From NCBI GenBank assembly GCA_964385615.1, contig CAYLPP010000013.1, positions 8,130 to 72,129 on the forward strand: a stretch of DNA of 64,000 bases, given 5' to 3'. The notes under the pieces were generated by a model that saw only the letters and a program-made list of their open reading frames with translations, was not told the DNA's origin and did no database searches. Below, piece after piece: positions 51,628 to 59,797 of this stretch; the stretch's first letter is position 1, and each line of letters begins with the position of its first letter. This DNA comes from an uncultured bacterium. GTDB lineage: Bacteria > Omnitrophota > Omnitrophia > Omnitrophales > Aquincolibacteriaceae. A program made the position numbers and the translations under genes.

Positions 51628-52104
51628 ATGGACCGCGTTATTTTGACCCGCGAAGGTTACGAAAAACTCGCCGAAGAACTTAATTTTCTCAAGACCAAGA
51701 AAAGACGCGAAGTGGCCAATCAGCTTGAGTTTGCCCGTTCGCTTGGGGATCTTCGGGAAAATTCCGAATATGAAACTGCCAAGGAAGCCAAGCACCAGCT
51801 GGAAATTCGGATCGGAAATCTTGAGGCTAAGCTGTCTAACGCCCAGATTGTCGACCCTAGAGATATGCCGGAAGGTAAGGTCTATATCGGAGTGACGATT
51901 GACGTGAAAAATCACGGAACGGGTAAAACCATCCGCTACACTCTTGTCGCTCAGGATGAAGCCGATTTGACCAAAGGGAAGATTTCAATTACTTCGCCCA
52001 TCGGCAGAGGCTTGCTTGGAAAAAGCGAAAAGGATGTGGTTGAGATTCAGGTGCCTGCCGGTAAGATCAAGCTGGAAGTTATTCAGATTCACAAAATGGC
52101 GTAA
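51628..52104 (+). CDS. greA: Transcription elongation factor GreA
   Basis: LTREGYEKLAEELNFLKTKKRREVANQLEFARSLGDLRENSEYETAKE. Confidence 0.9.
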   Translation: MDRVILTREGYEKLAEELNFLKTKKRREVANQLEFARSLGDLRENSEYETAKEAKHQLEIRIGNLEAKLSNAQIVDPRDMPEGKVYIGVTIDVKNHGTGKTIRYTLVAQDEADLTKGKISITSPIGRGLLGKSEKDVVEIQVPAGKIKLEVIQIHKMA

Positions 52105-52109
52105 CCCGG

Positions 52110-52985
52110 CTAATAAATTTCCGTCGAAGCTTTCCGCGTTCCCACCCAGGAAATTAGAATTCCCGATAAAATAATCAGCCCCGCGCCCGCCAGGGAGACA
52201 CGGCTGAGTTTGTCTCCGAAAAAAAGAAACCCGTAGAAAAAACTCGCCAGCGGAGTCAGATAAGAAAACGGGCTGGCCAGGGAGGCTGGAGCCCGCCTTA
52301 GAGCGATAGTCATCCACAGCTGACCGTAAAAAGAGCCGATTCCCACACAGATCAGAAGCAGCCATTCATGCCAATCCGGCCAGCGGAATCCAAAAGGCAA
52401 AAAGGTCAGTGACCCAAGGGTTGAAATTGCCGTGAAGTAAAAAATAATCGTCAGCGGAGATTCATGGTGCCCCAGTGCGCGGATGGAAACATAGACCATA
52501 CCGACAAAAACCGCTGAAAGCAGTCCCAAGCAAACCATCAGGTTCCAGGCGTCGATCCGGGCTCCCACCAGCATAAAAATCCCCGTGAAAGAAAGCAGAG
52601 TCAAAAGCCAGAGAATCAGGCCGGGTTTTTCCTTCAGAAAAATGACCGCGAACAGGGCCGCGAAAATCGGACCGGTGTAGTTCAGCATCACGGCCGTTCC
52701 CAGCGGAAGGTGGGCGATCGTGTAAAAGTGAAGTGATAACGCGATAAATCCCGTGACTCCCCGCAGAACCATCAGGAGCTTATATTTCCCGCCCGCGAAA
52801 GAAACTTTCTTGGCTTTCATGATTGCGGCCAGCATCAGCGTGCCGATCAGACTGCGAAAAAAAACAACTTCGAGACTGGGCAGAGTACGGCTGGTGATTT
52901 TGACACACAGGGCCATGAGCGAGAAGGCGAAAGCGGCCCTGACCATATAGAGAATGCCTGAGAGGTGACTGCGGGAGTGCGCCAT
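52110..52985 (-). CDS. EamA/DMT-superfamily transporter
   Basis: Ten predicted TM helices and duplicated EamA-like halves. Confidence 0.7.
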   Translation of the reverse strand: MAHSRSHLSGILYMVRAAFAFSLMALCVKITSRTLPSLEVVFFRSLIGTLMLAAIMKAKKVSFAGGKYKLLMVLRGVTGFIALSLHFYTIAHLPLGTAVMLNYTGPIFAALFAVIFLKEKPGLILWLLTLLSFTGIFMLVGARIDAWNLMVCLGLLSAVFVGMVYVSIRALGHHESPLTIIFYFTAISTLGSLTFLPFGFRWPDWHEWLLLICVGIGSFYGQLWMTIALRRAPASLASPFSYLTPLASFFYGFLFFGDKLSRVSLAGAGLIILSGILISWVGTRKASTEIY

Positions 52986-52998
52986 GGTTGACCGGGCT

Positions 52999-54072
52999 TT
53001 ACGGCGTCAGGATGATTTTCCCGAAATTGCCGCGGTTCTGCATACGTTCCAGAGCCTGCCTGGCTTCGCGCAGCGGGAAAACCTTGTCGACTACAGGGTG
53101 GAGCGCTTTTTTCTCAATCAGACGCACCACTTTTTTTAGTTCATGAAGTCCGCCCATGTAGCATCCGGCAATTGAAAGCTGGCGGGCAAAAACAAAGCGC
53201 AGTTCCAGCGGAGTCGTGGGACCGCTGGTCACACCGCAAGTCACGAGCCGGCCTTTTTTCGCGAGCGAGAAAAGGCTCTTGGAGAAAGTCGCCGGGCCGA
53301 TATGCTCCAGTACGACATCAACGCCCCGGCCATGAGTCCATTTTTTGACTTCTTCGGTGAAGTCTTTTTTCTGGTAATTAACGACTTCATCAGCGCCCAG
53401 AGCTTTGGCTTTTTTGACTTTTTCATCACTACCGACAGTCGTAATGACTTTGGCACCCAGGTATTTGGCGATTTGAATGGCCGCACTGCCCACACCGCTT
53501 CCCGCGGCGTGAATCAGAACTGTTTCGCCTTTCTTCAGGCGGGCACGCGTGACAAGCATATGCCATGCTGTCAGGAAAACCAGAGGAACCGCGGCCCATT
53601 CTTCATAACTGATTTTGGGTGAGACCGGAATGACATTTTTTTCCGGCACACAGACGAATTCCGCGTAACCGCCGTTCACCTGGAACCCCGTAATTTTATA
53701 ATGGTCACAAAGGCTGTCCCAGCCGCTTCTGCAGTGATCGCATTTTCCGCAGGAAATACCCGGGGCGGCAATCACCGGGCCCTTGATTTTTTTCGCGCGC
53801 GGCCCAACGGCAACGACTTCGCCCGCGACGTCACAGCCGAGAATGTGAGGCATACTGATCTTAACGCCGGGCATTCCGCGAAGAGTCCAGATGTCCAGGT
53901 GATTTAAAGCGCAGGCGCGCACTTTGATCAGCACTTCGCCCGGGCCGGGCTTCGGAGTGTTGACGTAGGTGTAAATAAGCTCATTCGCCGCGCCATGATT
54001 TTCAAAAATAATGGCGCGCATTTTATGCGACTGATGGGCGGTACTGATTCTTGGCAGTGCTTCAACTCTCAT
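52999..54072 (-). CDS. Zinc-containing alcohol dehydrogenase / MDR-family oxidoreductase (true start probably the internal MRAIIFENHG)
   Basis: GEVLIKVRACALNHLDIW...GCDVAGEV...HAAGSGVGSAAIQIAKYLGAKV. Confidence 0.75.
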   Translation of the reverse strand: MRVEALPRISTAHQSHKMRAIIFENHGAANELIYTYVNTPKPGPGEVLIKVRACALNHLDIWTLRGMPGVKISMPHILGCDVAGEVVAVGPRAKKIKGPVIAAPGISCGKCDHCRSGWDSLCDHYKITGFQVNGGYAEFVCVPEKNVIPVSPKISYEEWAAVPLVFLTAWHMLVTRARLKKGETVLIHAAGSGVGSAAIQIAKYLGAKVITTVGSDEKVKKAKALGADEVVNYQKKDFTEEVKKWTHGRGVDVVLEHIGPATFSKSLFSLAKKGRLVTCGVTSGPTTPLELRFVFARQLSIAGCYMGGLHELKKVVRLIEKKALHPVVDKVFPLREARQALERMQNRGNFGKIILTP

Positions 54073-54095
54073 AGGACTTCGATTATAATACGCGG

Positions 54096-54743
54096 GTGAA
54101 AGAAACCGTAGAGGAAAAAAAGAGCCGGATCAAAAAAATCATCCAGCGTCTCCGCAAAGCCTACCCGGACATCCGGTGTGAGCTGGATTTTACGACCCCG
54201 CTCCAGCTTCTGGTGGCTACGATTCTATCCGCTCAGTGCACGGACAAGCGGGTGAACATGGTCACTCCCGCGCTCTTTAAAAAATACCGCACAGTCCGGG
54301 ATTTTGCCGAGGCTGACCCCGCTGAAGTGGAGTCTTTAATCCGTTCGACCGGCTTCTATAAGAATAAGGCCAAAAGTATTCAGGGTGCGGCGCGGGAAAT
54401 CGAGGCGCGTTTTGGAGGGGAAGTGCCCAAGCGGATGGAAGACCTTTACGAGCTTCCAGGGGTGGGCAGGAAAACGGCCAATGTTATTTTAGGGAACGCG
54501 TTTGGAATTCCCGCTATTCCGGTGGATACTCACATGATCCGCATTAACAACCTGCTGAAAATTACCAAAAACACCGACCCGGTTAAAATTGAATACGATC
54601 TGATGCCCTTGGTGCCTGAAAAAGATTGGACAGATTATTCTCATCTAATTATCTGGCATGGAAGACGGCGATGCGCGGCTCGCCGGCCCGATTGCGGTCA
54701 CTGCGAAATCCGCGGATTATGCCCCTCCGCTAAGCCGTTATGA
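54096..54743 (+). CDS. nth: Endonuclease III
   Basis: LVATILSAQCTDKRVN...LPGVGRKTANVIL... and a C-terminal CAARRPDCGHCEIRGLC [4Fe-4S] loop. Confidence 0.9.
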   Translation: MKETVEEKKSRIKKIIQRLRKAYPDIRCELDFTTPLQLLVATILSAQCTDKRVNMVTPALFKKYRTVRDFAEADPAEVESLIRSTGFYKNKAKSIQGAAREIEARFGGEVPKRMEDLYELPGVGRKTANVILGNAFGIPAIPVDTHMIRINNLLKITKNTDPVKIEYDLMPLVPEKDWTDYSHLIIWHGRRRCAARRPDCGHCEIRGLCPSAKPL

Positions 54744-55870
54744 TTTCAGCTGAGAAAATCAAGGAACTGGCACGCGCCCGGGGATTTCACCAGTCAGGTA
54801 TCACTGGGCTGGCTGAGTTGGAGGAAGGTGAACGCGCCATTCGGGAATGGACGGACGCGGGGTTTCATGGCGGTATGAAATACCTGGAAGATTTTGAAGC
54901 CCGGAAGAAAAAATTTTTCGAAGATATGCCGGACGCTTCTTCGGTTCTGGTGCTTGGCGTCAACTATTTCGATTTTCAAAAAAAAGAAAGACCGGCCGGG
55001 GGATTGACCGGAAAAATCGCGCGTTACGCCTGGGGCCGGGATTACCATGAAATTATCCGGGCAAAGCATTTGGAACTGATCGAAGATATCCGGAAAACCG
55101 CCGGCCCGGCGTTCAAAGCCAAATCCTGCGTGGATATTCAGCCGGTACCCGAAAAATTCGCCGCGAGGCAGGCGGGGTTCGGGTTTGTCGGAAAAAACAG
55201 CCTTGTCCTGAGCAAAGAGTTCGGCCCCTGGATTTTCTTGTCCGAAATTGTCATGAACCTGGATTTGACAGCGGATACTCCCGCGGAGGGAAATTGCGGA
55301 ACCTGCCGTTCCTGTCAATCGGTGTGTCCGACCGGAGCGCTTAACACGGATTATCAAATCGATGCCCGTCTCTGTATCGCGTATTTGACCATTGAACATA
55401 AAGGGATTATTCCCCGGGAGCTTCGCCCTAAAATCAAAGATTGGGTTTTCGGCTGTGACGAATGTCTGGATATTTGCCCCTTTACGTCTAAATCCAAACA
55501 GACCGATTGCGGGGAGTTGACGGCGTCTTCCGGCTTCGGGCCGGAGCTTCAAATGGAAAAACTTTTCAGCCTGAGCACAAACGCGGAGTATGAAAAAGAA
55601 TTTTCAGGTACCGCGCTTCTCCGCGCTTCCCGCAAGCAAATGCTCCGTAATGCCTGCGTGGTGCTTGGAAACTCTGGAAGGCCGGAAGCTGTTTCCTATC
55701 TTCAAAAAGCGCTGGCCGACCCTGCCTGGCTGGTGCGTTTGCACGCGGTTTGGGGCCTCAGCCGTTTTGAGCCTGTCCGCTGGAGAGAACTCTTTAAGAA
55801 AAAACTGGAAACAGAGCCTGAGCCTGCCGTCAGGGAGGAGCTCGAATTCTGCTTAAAAGGTTTGTCATAG
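54740..55870 (+). CDS. queG: Epoxyqueuosine reductase
   Basis: CGTCRSCQSVCPTGAL...CDECLDICP ferredoxin motifs and C-terminal HEAT-like repeats. Confidence 0.8.
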   Translation: MISAEKIKELARARGFHQSGITGLAELEEGERAIREWTDAGFHGGMKYLEDFEARKKKFFEDMPDASSVLVLGVNYFDFQKKERPAGGLTGKIARYAWGRDYHEIIRAKHLELIEDIRKTAGPAFKAKSCVDIQPVPEKFAARQAGFGFVGKNSLVLSKEFGPWIFLSEIVMNLDLTADTPAEGNCGTCRSCQSVCPTGALNTDYQIDARLCIAYLTIEHKGIIPRELRPKIKDWVFGCDECLDICPFTSKSKQTDCGELTASSGFGPELQMEKLFSLSTNAEYEKEFSGTALLRASRKQMLRNACVVLGNSGRPEAVSYLQKALADPAWLVRLHAVWGLSRFEPVRWRELFKKKLETEPEPAVREELEFCLKGLS

Positions 55871-55933
55871 TGCCGATACTCTGTTAGAACTATGCAGTTC
55901 TTCGAAAAACCGGTTTTAAAACGGGAGAATCGA

Positions 55934-57358
55934 ATGAAAAAGATTTTTTCGGCTCAAGTGGTTGCCTGGGGGGTTCTTGCTCTGGCTGTTTCCCAGCTTC
56001 CGGCGCAGGCCGCGGAAGAAAATGACGCGCGCGTTATTGAAAGAGAAACCGCCGCTGAAAAGCAGGCGGTTGAGACCGCACGGAAGGCTCGTGAAAAAAA
56101 AGTTTTTGAACAAACCGGGAAAATCACGTTTGAACAGATTTTATCCCGTCCCGATGATATTGAGCTGAATTTTCAATTCGCCCAGCAGCAGGTTAAATCT
56201 GAGGACCTGCTCGGCGCGGCCGGCACCCTCGAACGCATTCTGATCACAAATCCCAATCTTCACGAAGTCCGGCTCTTTTACGCGGTAGTGCTTTTCCGTC
56301 TCGATAATTTGATCGATGCCCAAAATGAACTTAAGAAACTGGAAAACGCGCCTCTTCCGGAAAACCTGAAAAGCCAGGTAGGGCTTTATCAGAATGAAAT
56401 TAAAAAAAGAAAGCGTAAAACCCAATTTTCCGTAACTCAAAGTAACGGTTTTGAATTTGATAATAACCGTAACGCGTCGCCGTCGGATAAGCGCGTGCTC
56501 TTCGCGGGAACCCCGGTCAATACCAGCGGAACGTCACGCAGGCGCAAAGACACCAGTTTCCTGAATATTACAACCGTGGATGTCGCCCAGGACCTGGGAA
56601 CTCAAGCCGGGCATCAGCTTTTGGCGTCTTTTACGTATTTCCTTCAGGAGCAGACGCAGGTCGACAGTCTCGACCTTTCTTCCTTTCAATATGAAATCGG
56701 TCCGCTGATTAAAACGAAGTGGGCGGATGTGACCCCGTCTTTTACCGGAAGCCATGTTTTTCTCTCGCGTGAAAATTATTTACGCACACGGGGCGGAAAT
56801 ATTGACGTAAACCGCGCTTTGACCCCGAAATGGAATTTAAACGGGGGTTTTCGTTTTGAGCATCAAGACTATTTGCCTATTGAAGAAAACCAGACGGCTC
56901 GTGACCGCACGGGCTGGGAAGAAACCCTCACCGGCGGAACCAGTTACGCGCTTCCTTTTAATATGAGAGTGGGAACTAACCTTATTTTCGGTCATAAAAA
57001 CGCGCACCGGAAATATGAAACTTACAACCGTTTCGGTTTGAGACCTTATCACACCTGGCTTTTGGGAAAAGGGCAGTTCCTGATTAACTCCGTGGATGTC
57101 AATTTTGACCGCTATAAAGGAATTGATCCCGCGGTAGACGGACTTCACCGGCATGACAGCGCGTTTCGCTATCGTGTGACTTACGGGGCTCCTTTGTCCA
57201 CGCTTCTCATCGGGGTGGGCAAATACCTGCCGTCTTTTATTAAAGACGTGACGGCGACCGTCACTTACGAATATTACCGGTCGCTTTCCAATATCAGCAA
57301 TTTCACGTACACCAATCACAAGATTCAGGCCATGCTGACTAAAAAATGGGAGTTTTAA
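55934..57358 (+). CDS. Outer-membrane protein: signal peptide, TPR-like N-domain and C-terminal beta-barrel ending ...KKWEF (Slam/DUF560-like architecture)
   Basis: The ORF track starts at 55892, but GGGAG is followed by ATG 55934, giving MKKIFSAQVVAWGVLALAVSQLPAQA. A helical TPR-like region (LGAAGTLERILITNPNLHEVRLFYAVVLFRL) precedes alternating amphipathic beta-strands rich in Y/G/N/T and a C-terminal Phe. Confidence 0.55.
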   Translation: MKKIFSAQVVAWGVLALAVSQLPAQAAEENDARVIERETAAEKQAVETARKAREKKVFEQTGKITFEQILSRPDDIELNFQFAQQQVKSEDLLGAAGTLERILITNPNLHEVRLFYAVVLFRLDNLIDAQNELKKLENAPLPENLKSQVGLYQNEIKKRKRKTQFSVTQSNGFEFDNNRNASPSDKRVLFAGTPVNTSGTSRRRKDTSFLNITTVDVAQDLGTQAGHQLLASFTYFLQEQTQVDSLDLSSFQYEIGPLIKTKWADVTPSFTGSHVFLSRENYLRTRGGNIDVNRALTPKWNLNGGFRFEHQDYLPIEENQTARDRTGWEETLTGGTSYALPFNMRVGTNLIFGHKNAHRKYETYNRFGLRPYHTWLLGKGQFLINSVDVNFDRYKGIDPAVDGLHRHDSAFRYRVTYGAPLSTLLIGVGKYLPSFIKDVTATVTYEYYRSLSNISNFTYTNHKIQAMLTKKWEF

Positions 57359-58461
57359 TGAAACTCAAATTCCCGGTTTTAAGCAGTCTGTTTTTCTTCT
57401 TATTCAGCATTCCTGGCTTTTCAGCTCCGGTGACCGCGCCGGTTATTCCCGCGGTTGATGCTTCCAGAGTGGGGGTGATTGCGGCAGTCCGGGGAACCGT
57501 GAAAATGGACCGTAAAGGCCAGGCAGGAGTTATCGTTAAAAGCGGTCAGCCAGTCTATCTGAACGATGAAATTTCGACGGATGATAAAGGTAATCTGCAG
57601 GTGCTTCTTCTGGATGAAACGATTTTTACGATTGGTCCGAACAGCACTATCGTTATCGATCAATTTATTTATGATCCTTCAACGCAAAACGGTCAGATTA
57701 ACGCTAAAGTGGTCAAGGGAGCGTTCCGTTTCGTGACCGGAAAAATAGCGCGCAAAAAACCGGCAGACATGAAAGTGGAATTGCCTGCGGGCAGTATTGG
57801 CGTGCGGGGAACCATTGTCGCGGGCCATGCCGATGGAATGAAGTCCACTGTCGTCTTGCTGGGGCCCGGTTCAAAAAATAACAGCAATAGCCGTATCGGG
57901 CAGATTACGCTGAGTAATGAAGTCGGCGGAGAAAACAAACAAGTGACTGTAACCCGTCCGGGGTACGGTTCTGTTATTGATGGACCCGGTTCAGGGCCTT
58001 CACCCGCGTTTGAGATCCCGGCCGCGGAACTGGACAGTTTAATGGGCAGTTTGGGGCCGACGTCTTCGTCGGAAGATCAGGAAGGTGAAGAAGGCGGAAC
58101 TGGCGGCGGAGGCGATCCGACCCAAAGCGCTGGGCAGGATACGGCTGCTGGCGGAGATTCCGCGGATACCGTGGGAGGTACCGGATCCGACAACCGGATT
58201 ACGGCGCAGGTGTCTGGAGGAACTGTTGAGTACACGCTCAACGAACAGCCTTTCGGCGACAGCGGAGATCCCGCGGTTTTTTTCTTTGATGAAAGTCCCA
58301 GCGGCGGAAATTGTTCCATGTGCGGAAATGCGGATATTACCGTCGCGTTGATCAACAGCGGGGGAGAACCTGCCAGTTACGCCGCGCATAATATTGAATT
58401 TGACAATAATGGCGTGAATACAACCGGCTCCGGAATTTCTGACAAAAGAGATACCGCGTGA
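57358..58461 (+). CDS. Secreted FecR-domain protein, paralog 1 (signal peptide, FecR-like beta domain, Gly/Ser-rich linker, Cys-containing C-terminal domain)
   Basis: GQPVYLNDEISTDDKGNLQVLLLDETIFTIGPNSTIVID...VKGAFRFVTGK...MKVELPAGSIGVRGTIVAG matches the FecR (PF04773-type) pattern. The start has a TAATG overlap with the OMP gene. Confidence 0.6.
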   Translation: MKLKFPVLSSLFFFLFSIPGFSAPVTAPVIPAVDASRVGVIAAVRGTVKMDRKGQAGVIVKSGQPVYLNDEISTDDKGNLQVLLLDETIFTIGPNSTIVIDQFIYDPSTQNGQINAKVVKGAFRFVTGKIARKKPADMKVELPAGSIGVRGTIVAGHADGMKSTVVLLGPGSKNNSNSRIGQITLSNEVGGENKQVTVTRPGYGSVIDGPGSGPSPAFEIPAAELDSLMGSLGPTSSSEDQEGEEGGTGGGGDPTQSAGQDTAAGGDSADTVGGTGSDNRITAQVSGGTVEYTLNEQPFGDSGDPAVFFFDESPSGGNCSMCGNADITVALINSGGEPASYAAHNIEFDNNGVNTTGSGISDKRDTA

Positions 58462-59795
58462 ATTTCTATAAAAAGATCGCAGTATTTGTTCTTTGCGTTT
58501 CGGTTTTACCTCCCGCGTATTCCGCGCCTGCTCCAGGGCTTTTGAATGCTCCCGTGATTTCCTCAGATCTTTCCAAAATTGGCGTCGTGGCCGCCGTTAC
58601 GGGTTCCGTTAAAATTGAGAGCCAAGGCTTGGCCGGGCGGATGGCTCAAAGCGGGGAACCCGTTTACATTGGGGATACGGTTTCCACGGACTCAGAAGGC
58701 ACTCTGCAGATTCTGCTTCTTGATGAAACGGTTTTTACCATCGGTCCCAACAGCGCGATCATTATTGATAAATTTATTTATGACCCGGCTTCAGAGTCAG
58801 GACAGGTCAATGCCAAGGTCGTGAAAGGGGTTTTTCGTTTTGTGACCGGAAAAATCGCGCGCAAGAAACCTTCCGATATGAAAGTTGATCTGCCGGCCGG
58901 AAGTATCGGTGTCCGCGGAACGATTGTGGCCGGCGAAGTGGCGGGAAACAAATCCACGGTTATTCTGCTCGGCCCCGGAGCCCGGACCAACACAATTCAT
59001 CGGATCGGCCAGATTATTGTCAGTAATCAGGTTGGAGGTCAGGAGAAGCAGGTCACAGTTACACGTCCGGGTTTCGGCACGGTGATTGAAGGCAAAAACA
59101 CTGAACCTTTGGTGCCGTTTCTCATTCCTGAACAGGATCTTCAAAAAATTTCAAACGCGCTTGAAACTAAGACTTCCATCCGAAATGCGAAGCCCGGCCC
59201 TGAGGGTAAGGGGGCTGATCCTTCACGCCAGTCAGGCCAGGACCGCGCCAGAGCGCGTGAGCCTTTGCGCAATATTGACCGCACCGGGAAATTTCTGCAG
59301 AAGCTTGGCCGTGAATCAGATAAAGCCTCCCAGCTGGCGGTTTTGGGAGACAAGGTTCAAGACGGAATCTCACGGCTTCAGGAGTTAAGACGCATTCAAG
59401 ACGGCGTTTTTATGTATAGCCAGACAGGAACGACGCTGCTTAAGAATGGCGCTGACGCCGGAGATACTTACGATTTTCAGTATGAAATTAATTTTGGAAA
59501 CCGCACAGTGGGGGGAGCCGCGAATTCACATATCACGGCGACAACGGCCGGAGGAACCGCGACTTATCTTTTAGGGCAGAGGTCTTTTGACTTGGGAATT
59601 GGCGACGCGGAGTTTAAATATCCCACGGCGCCCAAAAGCGGCGGCTCTTGCACCGGCTGCAGTTCGACGGCTGATATTAATGTCAGGATTCAAAACCGGA
59701 ATGGTGTGATCGGGCAGACGACTCAGAACGACATTTCTTTTACGAACTCGTCAGACACTTATACCGGCCAAGGCGAAACCGGTCCCCGCAGCTAA
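58458..59795 (+). CDS. Secreted FecR-domain protein, paralog 2 (tandem duplicate of the previous gene with a longer divergent middle region)
   Basis: GEPVYIGDTVSTDSEGTLQILLLDETVFTIGPNSAIIIDKFIYDP...VKGVFRFVTGKIARKKPSDMKVDLPAGSIGVRGTIVAG. The C-terminal GGSCTGCSSTADINV region is homologous to GGNCSMCGNADITV in paralog 1. The start has a GTGA overlap with paralog 1. Confidence 0.6.
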   Translation: MNFYKKIAVFVLCVSVLPPAYSAPAPGLLNAPVISSDLSKIGVVAAVTGSVKIESQGLAGRMAQSGEPVYIGDTVSTDSEGTLQILLLDETVFTIGPNSAIIIDKFIYDPASESGQVNAKVVKGVFRFVTGKIARKKPSDMKVDLPAGSIGVRGTIVAGEVAGNKSTVILLGPGARTNTIHRIGQIIVSNQVGGQEKQVTVTRPGFGTVIEGKNTEPLVPFLIPEQDLQKISNALETKTSIRNAKPGPEGKGADPSRQSGQDRARAREPLRNIDRTGKFLQKLGRESDKASQLAVLGDKVQDGISRLQELRRIQDGVFMYSQTGTTLLKNGADAGDTYDFQYEINFGNRTVGGAANSHITATTAGGTATYLLGQRSFDLGIGDAEFKYPTAPKSGGSCTGCSSTADINVRIQNRNGVIGQTTQNDISFTNSSDTYTGQGETGPRS

Positions 59796-59797
59796 GG

